A stretch of DNA of 57,458 nt from Mizuhopecten yessoensis. Its lineage: Eukaryota. Below the pieces are notes generated by a model. It searched no databases and had not been told where the DNA came from. It saw only the letters and a program-made list of their open reading frames with translations. Where the stretch lies: positions 1,552,834 to 1,610,291 of the forward strand of contig NW_018407733.1 in the NCBI RefSeq assembly GCF_002113885.1, given 5' to 3'. Below, in pieces: positions 49,365-57,458 of the stretch; within the stretch, counting starts at the first letter, position 1; the number at the start of each line of letters is the position of its first letter. The position numbers and the translations under genes were made by a program.

Positions 49365-50169
49365 AGTTTGATAGAAAGTACACCTGTTCTGCACATTCAC
49401 AAATACAGGGAACTCGTTTAGCCAACATAGAATGACTGTTACACGACTCCCGACGCCCTACATGTATACAGTACTTACTATACGTTACGCCTCGCTTAAT
49501 AAGACAGTGAACTAATGTCTGTTTACACGCGGTAGGACCTCTGAGGACGGTATATACGAAGTGTGTACCCGGCTAACCCTGGGGGGCTATGTATATGTAT
49601 ATATACATATGCAAAGTTCCTGCCTGCAAAACGTGCAATGAAGGAAGTTGCAAATTAGCTACCTTCCGTCGTAACGTGGCACGCACATCGAAACGTCGAT
49701 TAGTCGGAACATAACGAAGAATTAAAAAAGCAGATGAAACAAACGAACGCCAGTATATTATTTAAATCTTTTCTTGTTGAAAAATAAACATATAATTCAT
49801 ATCGGCTTAACAAATTATATTTGAACTCCGGAAATTTGAGCATTATAAATAGGCTATACTGATTAAGGAAGGTAAATCTTGAACTTTTAGCTTAAACAAA
49901 TACTCATGTGTATTTCTACTTGCCAGACTGAGTGGACAAAATACAATCCTTGAAAGGAAATACATTGTTTTCAATAGCTGCTTGAAGCCCCGGTCCGGAC
50001 ATAAGTTGGTAGAGTTATATCTATGGATACTCTCGTTAGCGAGGAAACAATAGGTTGTGTATTCATAGAATCCATCGCTGATGTGAGGTATGAATACGGT
50101 TATTCAAACCCAAGGGATAAAATATTGAGCAGGAGACCCGAGGCTTTGCTTTAAGTTCATCTTTAACTT

Positions 50170-50375
50170 TAGATGAGTGTTTGATGGAACCTTGTTAGTC
50201 CGGACATTTTATGATGTATGTTTGCTGGAACCTTGTTAGTCCGGACGCTTTATGATGTATGTTTGATGGACCCTTGTTAGTCCTGACACTTTATGATGTA
50301 TGTTTGATGGAACCTTGTTAGTCCGGACATTTTATGATGTATGTTTGATGGAACCTTGTTAGTCCGGACACTTTT
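50170..50375. repeat. 41-bp minisatellite, right-arm copy (about 5 units)
   Basis: gatggaaccttgttagtccggacactttatgatgtatgttt units. Confidence 0.85.
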
Positions 50376-50699
50376 ACTTATTAAAGTATTAGAACCTCGA
50401 CATTGCGGATATGTTGAATGTCTGTGAGTAGAACCTTGACAGTCAGGACACTGGTCTGCGTTCAGAGCAAAACTTGTATAGTGTGAACACTTTGTGTACA
50501 ACGGGTCTTTGATAGTCCAGACAATCTTTGATGGGTCCCTCGTTAGTCCAGACATTTGAATTTGTGAAGTGAAACTTCGATAATCTGGACACTTTGGTTT
50601 TACATATCGGAAGACTTCTCGCTAGGAGGAGCAAAGCGTATATTGGGGAAAGGGATGAGGGGAGGTAACGTGCGTGTGTGTGTGGGGGGGGGGGGGAAA

Positions 50700-51090
50700 T
50701 TTTGTTTAACGTCCTTTTAACAGCTAAGGTCATTTAAGGACCTGCCTCCATGTGACTTTATAGTGCTATATCACTGAAATACCATGCCGAAGGAACCCAG
50801 CACAGCATTCCGCCCGGTCACATTATACTGACAACGGGTGAAGCAGTTGTTGTCATTCCCTAAATGCTGAACGTTAAGCAGGAAATAACAACTACCATTT
50901 TTAAGGACTTTGGTATGTCCCGGCCAGGGGACAGAGCCCATTACCTTCCTCACATGGGCGAACGCTCAACATTAAGGCCAAAAGTGAGGTGTTGCCAAGC
51001 AAGGCGTTAGGAAATAAAAGGTAGTTAGATGTAGAAAGAAAGATAAAGATCCCAAATATTGCAATGGGTGCAGCAGATTTATTGTGGTAG
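50700..51090 (-). mobile_element. Right-arm copy of the Meta-SINE-like element, with an internal deletion
   Basis: Reverse complement of 7300-7780 lacking roughly 7635-7725. Confidence 0.75.
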
Positions 51091-51278
51091 CTTTTGTGTC
51101 CCCAAATAAAGGACACCAACGCAAATCGCCAATTCTGCAGGGGGTTCCCCCATTAGTCGCCTCCTACGATACACTTTTCCCGATTCCCAACCTGCAGGGG
51201 TGGTGTGTGGGGGTAGAATAATGGGGTCGATGTAGGGGGATGAGGGTCATATCTATCATTTATGCAGTCTGACACATT

Positions 51279-52566
51279 TTTAGCTCACCTGGCACGAAGT
51301 GCCAAGTGAGCTTATGCCGTGGCGCGGCGTCCGTCCGTCTTCCGTCTGTCTGTCCGTCCGTCCGTCCGTCCGTGCGTCCTCGTCCGTCAACTTTTTCTTT
51401 AAACAACTTCTTCTGAAGAACGGACAGGCCTAGAGTCATGATATTTGGCTGAAAGCTTCGTTGGTAGGAGCCCTACAAAGTTTGAGAACGAAAATGACCT
51501 TGACCTGCTTTCAAGGTCACAGGGGTCAAATATGTCAAAAACTTCAAACGACTTCTTCTGAAGAATTAAAAGGTATAGAATCTTCATATTTGGCTGATGG
51601 CTTCCTNNNNNNNNNNNNNNNNNNNNNNNNNNNNNNNNNNNNNNNNNNNNNNNNNNNNNNNNNNNNNNNNNNNNNNNNNNNNNNNNNNNNNNNNNNNNNN
51701 NNNNNNNNNNNNNNNNNNNNNNNNNNNNNNNNNNNNNNNNNNNNNNNNNNNNNNNNNNNNNNNNNNNNNNNNNNNNNNNNNNNNNNNNNNNNNNNNNNNN
51801 NNNNNNNNNNNNNNNNNNNNNNNNNNNNNNNNNNNNNNNNNNNNNNNNNNNNNNNNNNNNNNNNNNNNNNNNNNNNNNNNNNNNNNNNNNNNNNNNNNNN
51901 NNNNNNNNNNNNNNNNNNNNNNNNNNNNNNNNNNNNNNNNNNNNNNNNNNNNNNNNNNNNNNNNNNNNNNNNNNNNNNNNNNNNNNNNNNNNNNNNNNNN
52001 NNNNNNNNNNNNNNNNNNNNNNNNNNNNNNNNNNNNNNNNNNNNNNNNNNNNNNNNNNNNNNNNNNNNNNNNNNNNNNNNNNNNNNNNNNNNNNNNNNNN
52101 NNNNNNNNNNNNNNNNNNNNAAGAATTAAAAGGCATAAAATTATAATATTTGGCTGGTGACTTCCCGGGATAGAGCTCACCAAAGTTTGCAAATGAAAAT
52201 GACCTCAACCTACTTTAGAGGTCACAGAGGTCAACAACATTTTAATGGATTTGTTCTTGAGAACTAAAAGGAATGGATTCATAAGATTTGGCTGGTAGCT
52301 TTTTGGAATAGAGCTAACCAATTTGAGAAGGAAAATGACATTGACCTACTGACAAGATCACAGGGAAAAATATGTCAAGCAACTTCTGAAGAAGAATCAA
52401 AAAGCATAGAATCTTATAATAATATTTTGCTGGTAGTTTCAACAGATGGAGCCAACAAAGTTTGCGAGGGAAATATTTTTAGTGCAATATAATATTTAAT
52501 GAGAATATTTTGCTATGACTGCTTAAATATTCAGGTGAGCGATACAGGCTCTCTTGGGCCTCTTGT
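51279..52566 (+). mobile_element. HINE/DINE-1-like non-autonomous Helentron element, right-arm specific, spanning the gap
   Basis: 5' TTTAGCTCACCTG...CAAGTGAGCT inverted repeat, (GTCC)n microsatellite, internal tgaccttgac-containing repeats, 3' CAGGTGAGC sub-TIR plus hairpin aggctctcttgggcct; inserted in a T-run with no TSD relative to the empty site at ~7094-7108. Confidence 0.85.
51607..52120. other. Assembly gap (514 N)
   Basis: Run of N. Confidence 1.
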
Positions 52567-53399
52567 TCTAGATTATATTTGAATATTATTTTTTCCAGTT
52601 ACTAGAATCATGGGGGTACCATTGTTGAAGTGTAAAAAATATCAAAGAAAATACATTACTGAGAACTCTACCAATTATTAACTAGATGGTGCTTCGTTCC
52701 ATACTGGTGTTGTGTACATATGGCCTCTTGCGATACTGAAAGTGACGATTTTTTTTAAGAGTATGTCTTTAGGGCTTTAACGTGAATATACAATTGTATG
52801 GTCCGCGAACGATTGCCCAAAGGTATTAGGATTATTGTCAGCCAGCATAACACTTTATATCTATAGATTGCGGAAGTATGAAATAAAAATATTTCAAATG
52901 AAATGAAAACATCTTAGAATAACTTGGAATGAACTAGAAAAAAATGAAATAGATATAGCTTGAAATAAAGAAAAGACAATTCTGAATGAAATACATGTAA
53001 ATGTCTTTAAATGAAATATATTTATTACAAAATATTTAAAATAAATGTTCAAGTGTGATAGAGATATCTCCCACATGGAAAGGATTATATGAACTATTTT
53101 TATTGTTTATAAGACCCCTACGTGCAATAAAATACGGGCCAACAAGAGTGATTACTATACGTTGAAATAACGTGTTTCATCATTATTGTAAAACAAATAA
53201 AGTTTATATGTATAAATATCTCTTTATAGGTATAAAACGATAAGTTGGCTTTTCACAGCACGAAAATAGGAAGTAGCATCTGGCAATATTGATTCTGGTT
53301 CTATCGGAGAAAATCGAGTCAAATTACTGACGATTTTTAAGTAAACAGACTATACGAGCTTCTATAGAAATTTCACCAAAATGTTTCCTATATAAACAC

Positions 53400-53900
53400 C
53401 TTTTGGAACAGTTTTTTTCTCTCCAGTTTTATCTCACCAAATATATTTCTACAAAATATCAAATTTGTACTACTAGAATTCGTACGTCTACCCACACACT
53501 GGCTATAGAGGCTGGAAGATATAGAAATATACCTAGGGAGCAACGACATTGTAGAGAATGTAACTCCACTGATGTAAAAGATGAATACCATCTTTTATTG
53601 ATCTGCAGTAATTGTAAAAATCTTAGAGAATGGTTTATTAAGAAATATTATTTGAAAAATCCTTCTGTTTTTAAAGCTATCCAGTTGTTAAGTGTCCAAA
53701 ATTGTGAAGATTATGCATGCTAGGAAAATGTATATTTGAAGCAAACAAATTAAGAAACCCTTATTTTTTTCACATATCAATGTCCATTGTATTTATTTCA
53801 GAGAATCAATAATTCTCTATACATTGTGTATTGTGTATATATATATATATATTATATACTGATGGGCCTAAGGCCTAAAGTTCGAATAAAAACTTGAAAC
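53400..53900 (+). mobile_element. 3' fragment of a LINE ORF2
   Basis: RIRTSTHTLAIEAGRY...RHCREC...DEYHLLLIC...FIKKYY; AATAAA near 53885. Confidence 0.8.
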
Positions 53901-54447
53901 TAATTGATTTTTCTATCAGTCACGTGTTTCAACTGTTGTTTTAATAAAAATAAATGAAATTGGACTATCTTGTAGAAAGTTATATTTACTTGTTTTTACC
54001 CTTGAATGTTGTGTTGACTTGCCCGCGGACACTTCCTTCCTTGACCTGTAGGCCTGCTACAGTCCGACATGAATCATTGATATGCAAAACTAAGTATCCG
54101 GCTTGTTCTATTTGTTATCTGACGTGAGAAAGACCACGTGTTTAAATGCATTAACAGTGAACCTAGTTATGTTATGTATATGATGACGATGTAGTATTGG
54201 TTCATGGTGACTGTTTGTCCCTTTGTGTTAGGGTTGTGTCCAACGTCATTTTCTTTTTTTCACAAAAACATCACCCCAGTGTTTTCTTGCACCTTTCTTC
54301 TGGGCTTTTTTTATCGTTATACATTAAGATAACTTAGATATCGGATAAAGGTTCGAGGAAAGAATGAGTATACGAGTGTTGTGAACCAGTCACCCGCCAA
54401 GGCAAAACAGACCGAAGCAAATCCGAGACCCATATTCCTATTGTTAT

Positions 54448-55279
54448 CGCTGTGTGTTAACGACACCGAATATTGCTATCAGGAAGGCGGTGATCACACG
54501 AGGTGGACTGCAGTTGAAGGTGATTTTTTTTTCTTTATTTTCCTTACTTCAGAGGCTGTTATGTGCTTGATGCTTTTTGGATCAATACCTCACATTTTCA
54601 GCGTTTACTTAAACCATAGAAAACGTTTATACATGAGTCAATATTTCTTCCAGACTTACAAACACGTAGTCTGGTATAGTACGTGGCTGAATTAACACTT
54701 GTAGTACTCCCCTCCACATACTTTACTGCCTACAACTAAATAAAGATGTATCTACATTACACTCATTTATTGTGTCAGTGAAAGCATTGTATTAAATGAA
54801 ATATCGTCAAACGTATTTCCTTGAACTGTACGGCAACTGGAATGTTTGTTTTTATATTACTGTACGGCATCATGCAAATTGCAAGTCGCCGTACAATGCT
54901 ATGAAATTATGTCAGCATATTCCTCATATTTTACAACGAGTTCGAAAGTACGATAAATGTATTAAATGCATTTACATATTAGTTACTTATAGGTATTGAA
55001 ATTTTTTCCAAAAAAAACCACTACAAATATTAATTCAGACACCTGATATACCAGGCGGTGTGTTTGCAAGTCTAGAAGAAAAATTGACCCGTACACGAAT
55101 GTTCTCTGTGGTTTAAGCCATTGCTGAAAATGTGAGGAATTGATTCAAAAAGCCTTAAGAACATACACGCCTCTGAAGTAAGGAAAATAAAATAAAAAAA
55201 TGTTTACCTGCAACAGAAGCCCACTTGGTGTGATCAGCGCCTGCCTAGTAGCGATATCGGGTGTCGTTAACACACAGTG
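54448..55279. mobile_element. 832-bp foldback MITE with ~255-bp degenerate TIRs, CACTGTG terminus and 5-bp TSD (Transib-like)
   Basis: 54448-54705 is an imperfect reverse complement of 55020-55279; GTTAT at 54443-54447 and 55280-55284; termini CGCTGTG and (revcomp) CACTGTG. Confidence 0.8.
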
Positions 55280-56619
55280 GTTATGGACATTATTATTAAC
55301 TTTCTTAATAATTCAATCCCTGTTTATTTCATATACGGTGTTTCCATGTGGATATTAAATCGATATCCAAGGACCTGCTCCGATTACCGCAATTCAATCA
55401 GATGTCGACTGCTGACGGACAAACTTTAGGCATCCGGTTTTGAGAGATGCAAGTCGATATTCTGTTTACTTCTGTGATTGAAATGACGATTTTTTTGTCA
55501 ACACCCCAGATTCCTCTTCGGGAACGTTTCATTACCAGGATTTGAGTAAAATGTTTACGATGGGTGTCGTCGATGAACCAGAAGACGCTAAACCTTTTGG
55601 AACACTTGGTCTTATCATCCTTGTATATTTTGTGGGTGTCTGTTAAACCTTTTTGTTTTTGTTAATATTTTGTCGTCGTTTTATCGGTTTTGAGTTTTCA
55701 AATTTCAGAGTTTTCCAACGCTGGACATCTATCTGCCATGCATATTGGTCAGAACGCCTAATCCGACCACACATCGTCCCAAAAGGAGATGGGATAGGTC
55801 AGCCTAAGTCAAGTATTCATTGAGAATTAACAAACTATTTCTTAAAATGTACTCGTCATGATTTCTATAGCCATGCAACCTGACCCAAGTAACAAGACTT
55901 TTGTTGAGCGTGTTTTCAACGTTTTTAATTTCAAGATGGTACCCAAACCGATACACTCTTCCGTTATGCTCTAATTCCTATAGAAGAAGAAAATGCTGCT
56001 ATTGTAAGAGTATAAGGTTCATAGCATAGCACTTCCTAGTGTCGATATTACAAACTGAATAAGTGTCACCATCATCTCTTCGCTACAGATGTCCGACTGT
56101 TACTTGACTACCCCTTCCAATAACCAGCCGTCTTGTCGTCTTTCATTTGGCATACACCGTATCTCATCATTTTACCTGGGAAACGTCACTTCCTTTGTCG
56201 CCACCATCAGGTAAGGCATCTTGTGAAGGGTGCAATCGTTACCTTGTACACGCTGGTGTGGGAGCTAGGTTGTCGCTGTATATTTAGTAACGGGTTATCT
56301 ACCCGACATAACTTAAATATTTCCTCAGATTTAACTTTGCATAAAAAATCGACCTGGACAAACACATCCCAATTAATTCAATTACTAAAGTAAAAGTAAC
56401 CCTTTTACGAATATACTTTTTTGGATTTTAACTGATGGCTAATAATCATGAAGGGGAAATAGCAGCAAGACACATGTATTAATAACAATAGCACGGTCTT
56501 ATGGTTACTGGTAGTAAAGTTTTAATTGGGTAAATATAAATACTGTCGAGGAGGGGGCTCTCCCTTCCTCTTTAGTAATACTGAAATATCTTGTCCACAG
56601 TACTCAACATAACTTGGTC

Positions 56620-57458
56620 AGGACTGGTCAGGAAACAGATACAGCCACGTTAGAGGACTGGTCAGGAAACAGATATAGCCACGTTAGAGGAATGGTCAGG
56701 AAACAGATATAGCCACGTTAGAGGACTAGTCAGGAAACAGATATAGCCATGTTAGAGGGCTGGTCAGGAAACAGATATAGCCAGGTTAGAGGACTGGTAT
56801 CATATCTCAGTAGTGTATGGTCAGGAAACAGATATAGCCACGTTAGAGGACTTGTCAGGAAACAGATATAGCCACGGTAGAGGACTTGTCAGGAAACAGA
56901 TATAGCCACGTTAGAGGACTGGTATCATATCTCTGAAGTGTATGGTCAGGAAACAGATATAGCCACGTATAAGAACTGGTATTATATCTCTGTAGTGTAT
57001 GGTCAGGAAACAGATATAGCCACGTTAGAGGAATGGTCAGGAAACAGATATAGCCACGTTAGAGGACTGGTCAGGAAACAGATAAAGCAACGTTAGAGGA
57101 CTGGTATCATATCTCAGTAGTGTATGGTCAGGAAACAGATATAGCCACGTTAGAGGACTGGTCAGGAAACAGATATAGCCACGGTAGAGGACTTGTCAGG
57201 AAACAGATATAGCCACGTTAAAGGACTGTTATCATAATTATCTCAGTAGTGTATGGTCAGGAAACAGATATAGCCACGTAAGAGGACTGGTATCATATAT
57301 CTGTAGTGTATGGTCAGGAAACAGATATATCCACGTTAGAGGACTGGTATCATATATCAGTAGTGTATGGTCAGGAAACAGATATAGCCACGTTAGAGGA
57401 CTGGTCAGGAAACAGATATAGCCACGTTAGAGGACTGGTCAGGAAACAGATATAGCCA
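56620..57458. repeat. 34-bp minisatellite (GGACTGGTCAGGAAACAGATATAGCCACGTTAGA) with interspersed longer variants; runs off the window
   Basis: Visible array; some units carry an extra tggtatcatatctcagtagtgta segment. Confidence 0.95.

Larger units (their letters stand above)
38440..53168 (-). repeat. Right arm of the inverted segmental duplication
   Basis: Reverse-complement collinearity with 6317-31014, including both genes, the satellites, the SINE and the MITE. Confidence 0.93.

Noticed and set aside
51399-52208. ORFs spanning the gap
   Set aside because: Mostly N-derived X residues
53170-53931. ACGTGTTTCA direct repeat as the TSD of the LINE fragment at the right outer boundary
   Set aside because: Only 10 bp and not immediately adjacent to a recognisable LINE tail; too weak to call

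Overview
AT-rich, intron-containing, repeat-dense animal DNA. The SINE, HINE and LINE repertoire looks like a bivalve mollusc (inference), so the non-ATG starts in the ORF track mostly do not apply. The window is dominated by a ~47 kb inverted duplication (left arm ~6317-31014, right arm ~38440-53168). Each arm carries a tightly spaced tandem pair of two-exon GT10 alpha-1,3-fucosyltransferase genes, arranged A1> B1> <B2 <A2 (A = 475 aa, B = 521 aa). All four genes have a phase-2 intron at the homologous position just after the FEN..C.DY.TEK motif. Coding exons are almost identical between arms (8 and 7 amino-acid differences), while introns and flanks differ by many arm-specific insertions (A intron 14,681 vs 3,482 bp). 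The ~7.4 kb spacer holds a decayed LINE, a 52-bp-arm hairpin, a spliced but frameshifted HIRAN-domain gene bracketed by two reciprocal GGGCAACCC sites with an attL/attR-like geometry, and a ~552-bp tandem repeat. Elsewhere there are an Academ-like transposase relic, TTAA/Kolobok-like, Transib-like and 8-bp-TSD MITEs, a Helentron-type HINE, SINEs, LINE fragments, several minisatellites, two single-N overlap artefacts and a 514-N gap.
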